DNA of 64,000 nucleotides from the human T2T-CHM13v2.0 reference genome, Homo sapiens. Shown here one piece after another: positions 12,750-32,640 of the stretch (positions are counted from its first letter, which is position 1; the number at the start of each line of letters is the position of its first letter). Where the stretch lies: NCBI RefSeq assembly GCF_009914755.1, contig NC_060926.1; one strand, given 5' to 3'. Position numbers and translations under genes: made by a program. The notes under the pieces were generated by a model. The model was not told the DNA's origin. It saw only the letters and a program-made list of their open reading frames with translations, and searched no databases.

Positions 12750-14200
12750 AACCATCTGTTCATCCATTCGGTTGACATTGATCGAACATCTTTTATATGC
12801 TAAGCATCCTGCTAGACACTGTGGAAACAGGAATGAAAGGCATTCTCCCTGGGAAGCAACTTGTGTATCAGGACTTGTACACCAACAATGACAATACCAT
12901 GAGACAAATGCTGTGGTGGAAAACAGAGAGGGCACTTAACTCACCCCAGAAAGTTGGGAGACTAGGAAAGCCTCCTGAAGAGAGTGATGGCTAAAGCTTG
13001 AAGGTGAGAAGTAAGGAAAGAGAAGTAATTCAGGTGAAGAGTGTGGAGTATTCTAAGATGATCAAGAAAAATGTATGAAACAGATATTCCAACAAATGGG
13101 AGAAAGATCATACTAGAGGAATGTAATAGGATTTTCAGTCATTGTTGACTGCCATTTTGATGATGGATGTTAGTTTGATACTAATCTGCCCAGAGTACAT
13201 GGTTTTTCTCCACCATCACTCACTTGCATGGGTGCAGGCATGGAGGAGGAAGGTGATTACCTGGGGCAGTCTTTGCTGGTTGGGTACAGTGCAAAGTGAG
13301 GGAGCTCAGGGCATGAATGGTATTTAACAGAGATGATTGTAATGATAAACTATGGGCTCTGAGATGGAAAAGGAGAAAAGTGAAGGTAGGAAGAGGCTGA
13401 TGGAGTAGGAGCGACTGTTAGTGGGGGGAAGAGGGGTGTCAATGGACATTTGAGACCTTTCACTAAGGTCAAAGAGTTATTACTGTGGGGATGCCTGAAG
13501 AAGTGGTTAGAGAATGTGTTGTTTGTACATGTGATTTTGGAAGCAGTGCAGTTTCCAGTGAAACTGGAAAGCTTCAAGATGTAACCTTGGAAGTGACCAT
13601 GGCAGAAGCAGAGTGAGGGAAAAGGCCTCCATTGGGAGGCAAATGCACTGAGAGCTCCGGATGTCAGGTGGATTGCCAAGACCCATGTGGGTGTGAAGAA
13701 GATTCATGACAGTAGCTGAAAAGGTAAGGGAGATTGTGAGCCAGAAGAGATGACAACAACCCTGGTGGTAAACTGATACGAGCCTCTGAGGTTTTTTCAA
13801 GAGGAGGGAGGTAGAGTAGTTGTTTATAGGTGGCACTGGGGAGCAAGGAGGACCCTAATGTATGTAGGGTAGTGAGAATAAATAGCTTCGTTTAACAAGG
13901 CTGCAGAGGAAGGGGTTCAGGGTAAGTCATATTTTAGTTAAGGCCAACATGTGGAGAGAATATTCTGAAAAGGCTGAGATATTGGGGAGTTTGCCAGTCA
14001 TGGAGCTGAAGTCATAGAGTGGAAGGATTTTAGAGGAAGGGAAGACAGAAGGGGATTATTGGGCCAGATTAAGGGATGTTTACAGAGTTAGGAAATTCAG
14101 AGTTCCAGGGATAATGGGTCAGAGGAGAGGGCTGGACATCTGGGGCGATTGAGGCAATGGGAGGGAAGATGGGATTCATTTTGATGGTCTCTAAATGAAC
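12750..14200 (-). mobile_element. Degenerate L2 LINE fragments
   Basis: L2 3'-end-like CATCCATTC...ATGCTAAGCATCCTGCTAGACACTGTGGA followed by a long purine-rich tract. Confidence 0.5.
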
Positions 14201-14415
14201 TTGTACTAGGTCAATGTTTCTTGAATTAGGAAACCCACAAGACTACAGCCACATGCTCAGGGGACCAGAGTGTACTAATGAATTTTTAAATTTTGGATTG
14301 TAATTTTAATGATAATCTAAAACTTGATTTCAGTTCCCAGATTAGTTTATGTTAATTTGGAATTGTTACCATATAGTGCTATACATTTATATGAAATAAT
14401 AATAAAAGTGATTTA

Positions 14416-14717
<302 letters not shown>

Positions 14718-14893
14718 GCGAGGGGGAGTGATTTAAATCAATGAATACTAGTGTACCATGAAAATTTGAGGAAATTGGCTAGATATTATTTAAAATTCCT
14801 TCCAATTCTTATTCTACTTTCTTGCAGAGTACATTACTTTTTGGGTAATGTAGCCCTTATTAATTTAGAACTTTTACAGCATACTACATATGA

Positions 14894-15232
<339 letters not shown>

Positions 15233-15343
15233 AGAAAATCCTGATTTTCTTAAAAACTTTAATTACCTTCAAATCCTTCAGCTAGAAATAATCATTATTA
15301 ACATAGTGATGTCCCCCTACATTTGTGTGTTTGTTTCTGTCTA

Positions 15344-15368
15344 TGTGTGTGTGTGTGTGTGTGTGTGT
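15344..15368. repeat. (TG)n microsatellite
   Basis: About 12 TG units. Confidence 0.9.
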
Positions 15369-16031
15369 ACTTCAAGGAAGCAGGAAAAGTATTTTTTAAT
15401 TGAAAACAGAGACATGCTGATCTATTATGAATGTTTTACTATGTCAGTAAGTATATTTCTACATTGTCATTCATAATAGCTGTATATTATTCTATTATAT
15501 GGTTTACCATAATTAATTTAGCCAGTAGGGGACATGTAGGTTGTTTTTAGTTTTTCAGTTTGATGTAACACTGGCCAATAAACATCCTTCAATAATATAC
15601 ATTTTTATATTGTACAATTCCAGTTATTTTTTAATATATCTCATTACAAAAAATTTACTCAATTTGATCGTATTCCAGATATAATCTGGAGTAATTATCT
15701 TTTTTGTCAAAAACTATAGGTTTTTTTAGTAAAAACAAAAACACATATAATAAGTGTTCTGTGTTTTTGGCAATCCAGAGTTTTCCAAATTATTTTCTTT
15801 AGAGCCTGAAGGTTTCCTCCAGTGGAGCTTGTCCTGCTGTTTCTCTTTTATCTGTTTCCTTGCAAGGGGTCTTTTCTTTAAAAAAAAAAAAAAAAAAAGG
15901 ATTTTACTATTTTTTAAAAATGATATAAACCACTGAGCTAATCCCTGGCTAAGCTGTGAAGTTAAGTTGCCTGACTAGTGGTAGGAATTAGGCCAGAACT
16001 TGTATTTCCTTACTCCTAAAAAGAAACTTGG

Positions 16032-16384
<353 letters not shown>

Positions 16385-16851
16385 TTACTCTAATGCAGTA
16401 TCTGAATTGCTTACTTTGAACATATTTACAATGTGTCCTTTATTTGTATGTTACCTTTTTCTTTATTTCCACTTCAACAATTGGAATTAAAACATTTTAA
16501 AAGACACTAAGCATCGGCTTAACCAGTAATTAACATTGATGAGTAGAGAAAAAATTTAAGACAGCTGCCAAGTTGACCACTTAAGTGAGGTATGATTTGC
16601 TAGTATTTGTCATCTGTGGGACTTTATAATTATAATAATAGCAGTGTAGTTACACTGTGATGGAAAGTTGACAGTTAACTTTTTCCACTTATCAAACTTT
16701 AGAACAATTCCGAAAGTTTCTAGTTTTTAGTTTCCAGGTAATTTATCATTCAATTGATTAAAAATCTATTTTGGGCCACAATTACGAACAATAATACAAT
16801 TTTTACATATGAGTGACATTAACGCAGTGTTCCTTCTTTTTTAATTTCCAG

Positions 16852-16886
16852 GGAAAGACTACTATTATTCTAAGGTGTCTTGACAG
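16852..16886 (+). CDS. DYNC2LI1: DYNC2LI1 exon 3 (GKTTIILRCLDR)
   Basis: ttccag|GGA...AG|gtaagt, 35 nt; completes the P-loop. Confidence 0.96.
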
Positions 16887-17768
16887 GTAAGTGTTATGTT
16901 AACCTTTAAACTATATTTATGCTTATTCTAGTTGTATAGGGCAAGTTAGCTCTAAAAGACATAAGGAAGGGGAACGATTTTGAGACCCAAACAAAATATT
17001 TAATTCTTAGCAAATCCTTAGTATAACCTTTAAGAGCGCCTTTAAATATAAAACTAACAATAAGCCAAAAATTATATGAGACTAATACTGGATTTCCCTA
17101 TTTGAGGGAGAAATGTTACCATAATTACCCAACCTACAATAGTATTTACCTTCTTTTTGGCTATGCTACTCTGATATTTAAATTATTTTTGTTCTACCTA
17201 ATCTACAATTATTTGAACATTCATTGTAAGCTTTAGTTGCTCAGGGGTACATTTTTGAAGCACAGTGTTGGTCCTCAAACTGGATATTTTATCATTTATT
17301 TTATATATTTCCTAACGTATACTGTAGAAGCAGGCCATCAGATTAAGATTTAGCAGTATGATTGGTAGATGTTTCAGGAAGCTGATGAGGAAAGCCTTCA
17401 GTCATTTTTGGAAGATATTTCTCTGTTCCCTTCATTTGAATACATATATCTTATAACTTCTCCAAAATCATCAAAAGAGATGGAATTTGGTGTTAAGGTC
17501 ACATTAAAGAAACATCACTCATTTGAAAAATATTTTTAAAGGATACAAATAATAAATTCCTGCTTTTGTGTAATTCCTTTCACCAACAATATTGTTTCTC
17601 AGAGGAACTATCAACAGTAACACCTGTATTATCTTTCCATATCCAGGAATCATGGGTCTTTTTAGACCACATTTAGACGTTTCCTGTCATAAACAAATCA
17701 TCTAATACAACACCAGCTTAGGATAAAATACTACAAAATAGTACATTGAGTTGAAAAGTATTAATTTC

Positions 17769-18066
<298 letters not shown>

Positions 18067-18334
18067 TGAAAAGTATTAATTTCAATTCCTCAATAGTCTA
18101 CTTAGGAAAAGGTTAATTTTCTAAAATATAGGTTAAATATCAGATCTTATGAATTTTGTCTTAAAAGTGGCATTTGGCTTGATAAAATTTCTATCTTTTG
18201 GGACATATAACCGAATATTACTCTCTATATAACGTATTCAAAAGATGTATGCAGGGGTGATATTCAGAATATTCAATAAACATAATTATGTAAGTCACAA
18301 ATTTAAAAATCATTTCTCTTTCTTCTCCAGTCTA

Positions 18335-19330
<996 letters not shown>

Positions 19331-19492
19331 ATATACACCATAAAACTGCTTACCAGCAATATAAGCTATAGTATAAATAATTCAGCAAATTGTTTTAATA
19401 TTTTCCTAATCATTACTGATTTTAAGGACTTGTTGATATAATTTATTAACTATCATTATCTAAATGATGCCCATGTTTGGGCTGTGATTTAA

Positions 19493-19813
<321 letters not shown>

Positions 19814-19885
19814 AAGTCTTGCATTGATGTTTTAAATTGACAGTCATTAGGTTCCTCACATCAGGGCTGAGTATAAACCCAGTGT

Positions 19886-20295
<410 letters not shown>

Positions 20296-20489
20296 TTAGG
20301 GGCTACCACATGCATGTGCTGTTAAAATCCACTAAGACGGTGTTTTGCAGGTTTATTTCTTTTGTGAATATAATTTATTTCAACGCTATTATACAAGGTA
20401 ACTTCTCTACTAATAAAGTTTTCAAGAGGAAGGAAAAATGAATCAGGTAAGGTGATAGCATAAGAAACTAATACCACCTACAATGATAA

Positions 20490-20594
<105 letters not shown>

Positions 20595-21941
20595 TAAAGT
20601 GACATTGCTATGCCCATAGATGGGAAAGTAATGCTGCTGACTTTGTTTTACATTTTCCATCTCATCTGTAATCAATAAACATACCCAGTTGTACACTTCG
20701 TAGCTGTCTACCATTAAACTTCAAATGCAGTGTGGCAGATAGAAGCCAACCCAAACTGTGAAAACATTTTAGCCTTCTCATTTATTATGTCTTAAAATGC
20801 TAGAATAAGATACCTTTTTAACTTTATTGTACAGTTCATGAGAATAGTGTTGTGAGTTATTTTCTGTCTCTCAAAAAATCTGCTAAAATATAGGTTTGAC
20901 CTGTGGAATATTTATGAAAATATACTGTTTAAAATCTAAATTATTAGCATTTAAAAATGCATCTTGAAGTTGATAGTACTAGTTGAGGTCATATGCCCTG
21001 CTTGATTATAATCCTATTTTCACTTGTTTTAATGTCTCTTTAGAGGAACATGATAAACTCTTCAGGATAGAAGAAGGGTTCATAGTATATGCTGGCAGGG
21101 GGTGGGGTGGGGAATTCCTAAATAGAATCTTTTTGGAGTTGTCACCTGAAAAGAGATCATTTCTTAAAGTTAAGTGTGTAGAAGGACAATCTAGAATGGA
21201 GCATCCCGCTACTCTGCTAACACAGGCACATTTTTATACACTGACTTAGTCCAAATATTTCCTCATTAGACAGTGTATAAAGAGATAAAACTGCCTATTG
21301 TTGCTTCCAGGATTCACCAATGAAAGTGGGTTATTAAAACTGAAATTTAAAGAAAAAAACATAATATATAGAGATACAGGAGAACTTCATTTTTGTGAGT
21401 CACTTGAATTTTGACATGAGTAATAAGCCTAGAAATGTAATTATGCTTTTCATTGGAAACTTTGAGACAGCTCTCATAAGCTTAACTTTTGAGAAGAGCT
21501 CTAAAAGCTTCCCTTTATCAAATTGTGAATGGAGGGAGATTTTCCAGGGAAGAATTGTTTTTCCCACAAAAATTAATGATTCAAATATGAACAGCCAAAC
21601 AATTGTAGAGATTACAGGATGAAATTTTGTCAAAAATCCAAAATAATATATATTCACCTAAAACTTATTTTATTGACAATCTGTCTCTTCCAGGCTCATG
21701 GGAGCAGATACGTAAAAACTTGTGTAATTTTTTTTCTAAACTGTGTACTATCAAGTGGGATATTTCCATATTCATTCTGGAAGCATCATGTCTTTCTCAG
21801 ATTTAATTCCCTAGGAGTCCTAAATAGAAGCACTTTGTCAGCTCCTCACAATTTCAGTGACCTGAAGTGTCTTCAGTGTCAGGACAGAAGCAGAAATGCC
21901 ATTAGCCAACAGTCTAGGAACGTCTTATGGAATCAGTGGTC

Positions 21942-22266
21942 CTTTTTCTTTTCTTTTCTTTTTCTTTCGGAGACAAGGTCTCACTTTGTTTCCCAGGCTG
22001 GAGTACAGTGGCAGGATCATAGCTCATGGCAGCCTCAAACTCCTGGGCTCAAAGAATCCTCCCGCATTAGCCTCCCAAGTAAACTGTCACCACAAATTCA
22101 CTACAAGCATGTACCACCACACTCAGCTAATTTAAAAAAATTGTTTATAGTGATGGAGTCTCACTGTGTTGGCCAGACTGACCTTGAACTCCTGGCTTCA
22201 AGTGATCCTCCAGCCTTGGCCTCCCAAAGTGCTGGGGTTTACAGGTGTGAACCACTGCACCCAACC
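21942..22266 (-). mobile_element. Alu (AluJ-like)
   Basis: Alu consensus similarity. Confidence 0.88.
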
Positions 22267-22862
22267 CTAGATGATCTTATTTCTGAACTTCTTGGCTGCC
22301 TAGCCCTGTCAGTTTCCTATTATTTTGAGGGTCCTATGAAAAGAGAAGCAGTTGTTTGAACTCTTGTTCCCCCACCTACCGTGTATTATTGTCAGTGGTA
22401 GCCTGTCAGATTCTCCACAGGAATCAGGAACAAATCGTCTGCTTATACTTTTGCTCAAGTAATCTTGATCCGCAGCCAGGATTGCCATTTGTTTGTCCCT
22501 TTTCTTCATGCTTTACGTGTGTCTAATTCATTCTGCGAGCTTCTGTCTTCCTAAATAGGAATGTTTTCCTATTCACCTGTTTTATTTCTATCTAGAATTA
22601 TAAATGTTTTCCAAAAGATAATACGAAATTTGTTGAACGGGTTAATTTTTATCTAAAATCTGCATAAGTATATGCTACATATGTTATTTACAAGATTGAC
22701 GCACTGTTGATGTCTTCTGTTTAGGTATTACTAGAATTAGGGCATTTGTGTACACATATAAACAATTCTGAATAGTTCATCATTTTTCTTTAGAGTAGGT
22801 GCTTTGATGCATTTTGAGGGATGGGATAAAGGAAAAAATTTTGACTGCCAAGAAAGGGTTGA

Positions 22863-23054
<192 letters not shown>

Positions 23055-24236
23055 TAAGTGAGCCAGCTCCAGGAAAACCTGTAAGTACACAGGAGTGTCC
23101 CTAGGAGGAATATGAGTTGGCTTTTCTCAGTCAGAATTTTGGGGCACAGTTTTATGTTGCTGAAGGCTTATGCCCACTTCCTTTCTAAATGCCTAACCTG
23201 TAATGCTTTCAAAGAAGTTTTAAAAGAACCAAGATTTTGGCCCGTGCTGAACTGAGATAGCTGACATTCCCCCCAGTAACATATTTTGCAAGCTGAAAAC
23301 AAACAAACAAAAATACATCAAATTACACTTGGGCAGTGAATTCATTTTGTAAAAATAAATTTGAAAAGCCTAATTCTTTCTGTTATCCATCTCAGTATGA
23401 GTTAATTCGGCTCTGAGTTTTTTCTTCAGCTGAGTATTATAAGCTACCTTTGAATTTAGTGCTAATTAATATTCTTGAAGCTTCATTTAAAGGAAGACTA
23501 TATGTCGGAGAAGAGAGAAAGTCTCTCCGTTTGCTGACCTTAGAGAAATAGAACTTAGAGGAAAACCTCAAAACGCTTGAGTGATGTTTTCCTGACAGTA
23601 ACTCCCACATGTTGGCCAAATATGTGGAAAATTGTGACATTTCTTAGTGTTCCTGGGAACTGGTCTTAGCTAAGAAAAACAATTTTTTTTAATCTGAAAT
23701 ATTTTGTTCTTAGAGTTTAACATAAACCATTGCTGCTGCCTGGATCAAATACAAAGGGCTTGACAATTAGTTGTTACATGTTGGTCATTAAGCTCCTTGG
23801 AGGATTGAATTATTTCTTGTTAATGGGACCGTTGTTTTTCTAGAACTGGCTGGATACGGTTGGTTTTATTTGGTCTTTTTTTTTTTCCTTTTAGTGAAAT
23901 ATGATTTACTTTCTTTCACTTATTAGAAAAGTAATATATGCGCTTACAGAAAACTTGTAAAAATACTGAAAGACACAAAGTAAAAGGAACCAGAATCACA
24001 TTAAAAAATAACCACTTTAACATGTTGAGGTATTTCAGCCTTTTCAATGTCTGTAAATAGACTTCGTACAGGTTTGGGATATTTTATATACATATTTAGA
24101 TCTTGCTTTTCCACTTTTGAACACTTTTCTCTATGATTTTATTTTTCAGGAACATGGAATTTTACAGTTATATAGTTTTTCATTTGTCTTTCTTTAATGG
24201 TGACAAATAAGTGAAGCTGCCTGGGAATAGTGCCTA

Positions 24237-24596
<360 letters not shown>

Positions 24597-25834
24597 TTAC
24601 AGTGGCCAGAGGCTGAAAGGGTGAAAATACAGGAGGTGGCTCTTACCTGGGTTGGGAGTCGCCTCCTATTCAACTGACTTGTTTTATTACCTCACTCCCC
24701 TTCTTGAAGCCCAAAAGGTTTTGGCCTGCTGGGGTTGTGGAAATTCTAGGTTCTGCAGGAAGCCAGATCATCCCAAGGGTTAATACCTCATTTGTGAGGT
24801 CTTGGGCTTCCTTTCCCTGGAGCCCCATGACAGCTGGGACCTGCTTTAGGAGAGAGGAAGGGTCAGGGTTATGATCAACAGAGGGAAAGGGAAAGGGAGC
24901 CATAGGCTTGGGTCTAAAGTAGGTTGCTGGGTGGTTAAATAATTCATGGAAAAACATTTCATTCACCATGTCAAAAACACTCAAACTGTTTTTGACTGGA
25001 ATTAGTTTGACACATAATTTCCTTGTGTTGGATGAAGTCTCACAACTTGAGAAAACAATATTGCCAAATACTGTTAGATACTGTTTATCTTTGAAATAAC
25101 TGTTTATAGAATTATAAATGCATTGAACATTTCCACACACTTTAGACAATTTGTAATAGAACATTTCCTGTAGTCTGAATCTCTGTTTTAGGAGTTTATG
25201 TAAAAAAATTTTTTGGCTATCATTTGCTATGAAATAGGTAAAAAGTAACAAAAGTATTTCTAATATACTGTAAACAAAAATTTTAATCTTAGAAAAAATT
25301 TGAGTAATTTATTTTTCTTTTGCTTAGAATAATTTTTCATTTGAAAAAATAATAAATTTTATGTTATATCCATTTCATCACAATGAAAAAATGTTAAATC
25401 ATAGTTGAAACACAACCATACCAAAACCCTGAAAATGAAATTAGTACAATTAAAAATGTATATACTATTTTTACACTTAAGCAAAACTGCTTATGAGCTT
25501 ATTAAAATGACATAAATATAATTGCCTAGACAATGTAATAGCACAATAATTTTTAGAAAATTTGATAATTAATGTGTAAAAGACTACTTTCTGAATTTAG
25601 ACCAACAGAATTGTTACTGTTTTGCTTGAATTATACAAAATAGCCTGTTTACTTGAACTAAACAAAATAATTAAATAACATATTATAATTTTGTGCTATG
25701 TCTTCTAGCAGAATGTTTGCTGTGTTGATCAAGGATATATTGGTTATATTGGATATAATCCTAAACCATCAAGGATTATGGTTCTACATACTTATTATAA
25801 CCATTTTTAAAAATACTCCTAGATTTACAAATGT

Positions 25835-27120
<1,286 letters not shown>

Positions 27121-27756
27121 GGTTTATGTTTGATGGGCATGAACAGAATACAAGTGCATGTGGTGATGGTGGTCATGTATCTGGTGGTCAGGAGTGTGCT
27201 TTCAGAGAGACAGAATGGTATTGCAGAAAAACGTGTAACTTTGGATCTAAATACCAGTTCTACAATTTACTAATTATATAAATCTGTGCCTCAGACTTCT
27301 AATCTATAAAATGGACATTATAACATCTTCTGGAGAGGGTTATTGTGGAGATTAACTAGGTAGTTCCCTAGCAAGGTCCACCCATATATCTATTTTCTTC
27401 TCCTTTACCTGATTATTGTGTTACTGTTTTTGCTTCTTTTATTATTTTTGCTTCCCTTTTTTGGAGCACACAGTAAAACTGGATGTAAACGTGGCATTGT
27501 CGATGCAAATGCTTGGAGCTTCTCTATTTGAACTAAACTACTTTTAATTTTAGTTCAAACAGAAACTTAGTTCCACTATTGTAACACTTAAATATTACTA
27601 GAGGAAAGTATTGGAATAAATAAGGCTATGACTTTGGTTTTTTGTTTTTGGGAGTCTTAGAATAATGCTACGGTTTTTTTTTCCCCTTAAGGTATATTTT
27701 AGTTATTCTTAGATAAATTTCAGTACATTAGGATTTCAAAATGGTAATTATTTTGA

Positions 27757-28071
<315 letters not shown>

Positions 28072-28556
28072 TGAAATTCATTTGATGTAGATGAACCTGT
28101 TCACTGGAAAATTACAGCAATTTATTAAAACCTCAGTAAGAGCAAAACAAGGAAGAAGATTCCTTATATCTTCTTGTTAGACATCTTCTGTGATTGTTAT
28201 GGCATATTACACCAATCAGAGAAATAGAGTTTTAAAGTAGTGGTTTGATATTGATTTTATAATCTCTGTAAAAATGAAGATAAAAAGCCAGATTGTACAA
28301 AAGTCACCTGACAAAGACTAGATGAAGCTACAACTTTAAGCAAGGGGTAGAGTTGTAATAGCCTTCACCATCACTCTGTATTTTACATTCATTTCGTTTC
28401 TGTCACTTATTCAGTATCTTTTTATCATCTGACAGCTAATTAAATTATAAAGTTGCTATGATGGTAACACAAGTTCTTCAAATACAATAATAAATATCAT
28501 CATCTGGAAAACTGAGAGCAGCATTTTATATTATCCAGAGTTTATAAGAAAGTGTA

Positions 28557-28891
<335 letters not shown>

Positions 28892-29218
28892 CTATGCTGG
28901 ATAAATGCTGTTCCAACAGTCAACATAAAATAGAATAAAAAAAAACCAGGAAGGTAATATGTTATATAAGGAAATAAAAGGGTAGAAAAAGGAAAATAAT
29001 AAATATCATAGTAATTTAGGGAATTGCCATTTCTAGTTTTACACTTATGAAATATAGCTTAGGAAGTGAAAGTTAAATATTAGAACAAATTCTATGTCAA
29101 GCAAATTAAGTAAACATCTATGAAGAGACTGAAAATGGAATGTTTTTGGAAGTAAATAGAAATTGCTAAGCACCTAGCAATAAAGAATTACAACAACTCA
29201 AGGAAATATGTTTATTAG

Positions 29219-29311
<93 letters not shown>

Positions 29312-29517
29312 TGAGTTTGTTGTACATATATGGCTGTGCTTTTTATGAGGGAGGTACAAAAATAATATCAAAATAAGAAAAATAATTATTGAAGGAATCG
29401 GTTAAGTCATGCATCTTAAAGATTTTGGAAAAGACATAGTTGGGACAGAAAAAAATAGGTAAAGAAAATAAATGCAGTGATTAGAATGGGGATAAGGCAG
29501 ATTTAGAAAATGAATCT

Positions 29518-29680
29518 TGCCGGGCACAGTGGCTTATGCCAGTAGTCCCAGCACTTTGGGAGGCTGAAGGGGGAGGATCAATTGAGCCCAGGAATTTGAG
29601 GTTACAGTGAGCTGTAATCACACCACTATACTCCAGCCTGGGTTACACAGTGAGACACTTGTCTCAAAAAAAAAAAAAAA
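29518..29680 (+). mobile_element. Alu monomer (FRAM/FAM-like)
   Basis: Single arm with poly(A) tail. Confidence 0.85.
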
Positions 29681-30031
29681 AGTCTTCAACCCAGTCACTG
29701 GGGAATATGACTTACTTCCCAACTTTTAAATGGAAGAAAGTAGAAAATTAGTTCCTTCTTATCTTTGCTTGTCAGAGAATCGTTAGAATTCCACACTATG
29801 AAATGTGTGCTTATATCTAAATTCTATTGAGCTAAGTATTTAAACAAAGAAAGATCTGTTAGCTGTAGTTCTAAGAAGGCTGCAGCTATTGTTCAACTCT
29901 CTATGAAATAAATATCAAGGTAATGGAATCCTATTCCTGAAAGTGAGTTTAAAAAAATAAGAAATAATCTATTCTACATTTAATAATTTGAATCTTCCTG
30001 CTATAGATATTTGGTTATCTTGACTTTTTAA

Positions 30032-30154
<123 letters not shown>

Positions 30155-30519
30155 TGAATGGACAGTACCAAATTTGGGGAAATCAGCAACTTGATGCACA
30201 GCTACGAGGAATAAATGCTTTTGCTAATGCACATGGTCCCGTTGCTTTCCCACTGCTGAAGACCTCTCCTTACAGAGTGTTTGATAATGCATCTGTTGAA
30301 CATGCACTGCTAGATGGTCTCCCCCTTCTTTGGAACAAAAGTTCTAAATTGCTTATATCCATAAATCCCAACCAAGTTTAAAGAGATAAGTTGATGATCT
30401 ATTTATTCATTTTTGGTATCCCCTTAAGAATTAGAATCTATATTCCCCTAAAAGAAAAACAAAAATCAACTCTATCAGTGTGTGTATTGGGGATGGGGGC
30501 TCTTTAAAAAAGTGCTGTT

Positions 30520-30785
30520 TGTTGTAAAAGTTAAAAACATGAAATCTGAAGTCATGCTCCCTGGGTTCGAATCTCAGAGTGACCATTTATTAGACGTGTG
30601 ATCTTCGGCAAGTCACTTAATTTCACTTAAGCCTCATTGTCCTCCAGGGTAAAATGGAGAAAAACAGTACCTTCTTCATAGGGTTGTTGTGAGGATTCAA
30701 AGAGGGAGTACATGTGAAATGCTTAGCACAGGGCCTAGAACAGAATATTACTCAATAAATGTTGGTTATTATATCACTGTTATCA
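30520..30785 (+). mobile_element. MIR SINE
   Basis: CTGGGTTCGAATCTCAG...GGCAAGTCACTTAA...GTAAAATGGAG...CATAGGGTTGTTGTGAGGATT. Confidence 0.8.
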
Positions 30786-30847
30786 TTATCTCCCATAGCA
30801 GGACTAAACTTTACTAAATGTCCTTTAATGCAATAAAATATAACAAC

Positions 30848-31149
30848 TTTTTTTTTTTTTTTTTTTTTTTTGAGACAGTCTCACTCCGTCACCCAGGCTG
30901 GAGTATAATAGCATGGTCTCGGCTCACTGCAACCTCTATCTCCTGGGTTCAAGTGATTCTCCTGCCTCAGCCTCCTGAGTAGCTGGGACTACAGGCACGT
31001 GCCACCACACCTGGCTAATTTTTGTATTTTTAATAGAGATGGGGTTTCACTATGTTGGCCAGGCTGGTCTTGAACTCCTGACCTCATGATCGACCCTCCT
31101 CGGCCTCCCAAACTGCTGGGATTACAAGCGTGAGCCACCATGCCTGGCC
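30848..31149 (-). mobile_element. Alu (AluS-like)
   Basis: Full length, long T tail. Confidence 0.94.
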
Positions 31150-31175
31150 AAAACATTTTTATTTAAAAAATTTCC

Positions 31176-31457
31176 AGCTGGGTGCAGTGGCTCACACCTG
31201 TAGTCCTAACACTTTGGGAGGCTAAGGCGAGAGGATCATTTGAGCTCAGGAGTTTCAGACCAGCCTGGGCAACATGGTGAGAACCTGTCTCTACAAAAAA
31301 TTTTAAAAATTAGCTGGCCATGGTGGCACACACCAGTTGTCTCAGCTACTTGGGAGGCTGAGGTGGGAGGATCACATGAGCTCAGGAGGTCAAGGCTGCA
31401 GTGAACCAAAATCACACCACTGCACTCCAGACTGGGCTTGTCTCAAAAAAAAAAAAA
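31176..31457 (+). mobile_element. Alu (AluJ-like), head-to-head with the previous Alu
   Basis: Alu consensus similarity. Confidence 0.92.
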
Positions 31458-32351
31458 TTTCCTTTACATTTGAATAATTATTTAATGGTCTCTTTTTTCC
31501 TCCAAATTAAAGCACTCAGAGGAACCTAGAGACAACATGGTCTAGCCGCTTGCTTTCATGGCTAGAATATTTTAACTGAAAGTAATATGTACAAAATATG
31601 TATTGTCAGTTTTTATACCTTTCAAAACATTACACATTTCATTATGTATTTTCTTAAAAATGATCACCTTTTATGTTTGAATCGTATTTGCTTACGTATT
31701 AGGTTGACACAGTACTTTGGGAAATGTTCTTTACTATTTTGAGAGGATATGGGGAATTTAAAGTGAATGGCTCATCGAGGGTACAGAGGTAAAGATCTTG
31801 CAGTTACTTATTTTTGCCACTAGAGAGGGTCACACATTTAATTCTGGTTATAAAGTTAGCTGAGGGAAATCCCTGTATTTCTTTAGGAACAGATTACATT
31901 TGATGGAGGGTCCAGTCTGGTCTCATGGGTACAAATTTAGATGAAGTCAGGTCAACGCAGTCCACAGCAAGCCTGGGATTAACCATGGCCCAGGAGATCA
32001 AACAAGATCAGGGACCAGGGAATGACTTTGAGAATGGCTTCATCTCAGCTTTTAATAAGCCTAAAGGAACAGGGTTTGGGTTAGTGGAGTACTTCTGGAC
32101 CACCAAAGGAACCATAAGGCCTTTCAGGAAGAATGTAGCCAAAGTGATCAAAGCCTCATCTTTCAGTTTCACATCTCTTCTTACCCTCTGCCCCATTTAA
32201 GGAAGAAAGTTGGGTACTGCTTTGCAAAATTCCATGAAATTTAGCAGGGTTTTTTTTTTTTCCAACACTATAGTTGATCCTATATAGTGCAGTTGAGAAT
32301 ATTGATTCAATATTATGAACAATCTAATTAAGTTAATAAAAACAAAACACA

Positions 32352-32640
32352 GGCCAGGTGTGGTAGCTCTTGCCTCTAATCTCAACACTTGGAGGGTGAG
32401 GTGGGAAGATCAGTTGAGGCCAGAAGTTCAAGACCAGCCTGGGCAACAAAATGAGACCTTGTCTTGACAAAAAATTTTTTTAATTAGCCAGTCATCATAG
32501 TGCATGCCTGTGATCCTAGCTACTTAGGAGGCTGAGGCAGGGACGATTGCCTGAGCCTGGCAGTTTGAGGCTGCAGTGAGTTATGATCACACTGCTGCAC
32601 TCCAGCCTGGGAAGCAGAGCGAGACCCCATCTCTTAAAAA
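32352..32640 (+). mobile_element. Alu (AluJ-like)
   Basis: Alu consensus similarity. Confidence 0.9.

Noticed and set aside
21619-22359. Longest ORF in the track (246 aa, +)
   Set aside because: Its second half is an antisense Alu translation ([30 protein letters not shown]); it is intronic and shows no protein-family signal
24670-25251. 193-aa ORF on the - strand
   Set aside because: Non-ATG start, no recognisable motif, no splice or promoter support; antisense in an AT-rich intron
31816-31835. CTCF-like GCCACTAGAGAGGGTCAC
   Set aside because: The core GGC is displaced by an extra GA; poor match
31925-32200. 91-aa ATG ORF with an overlapping antisense ORF
   Set aside because: No recognisable homology or exon boundaries; length is compatible with chance. 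A BLASTP hit would be needed to revive it.
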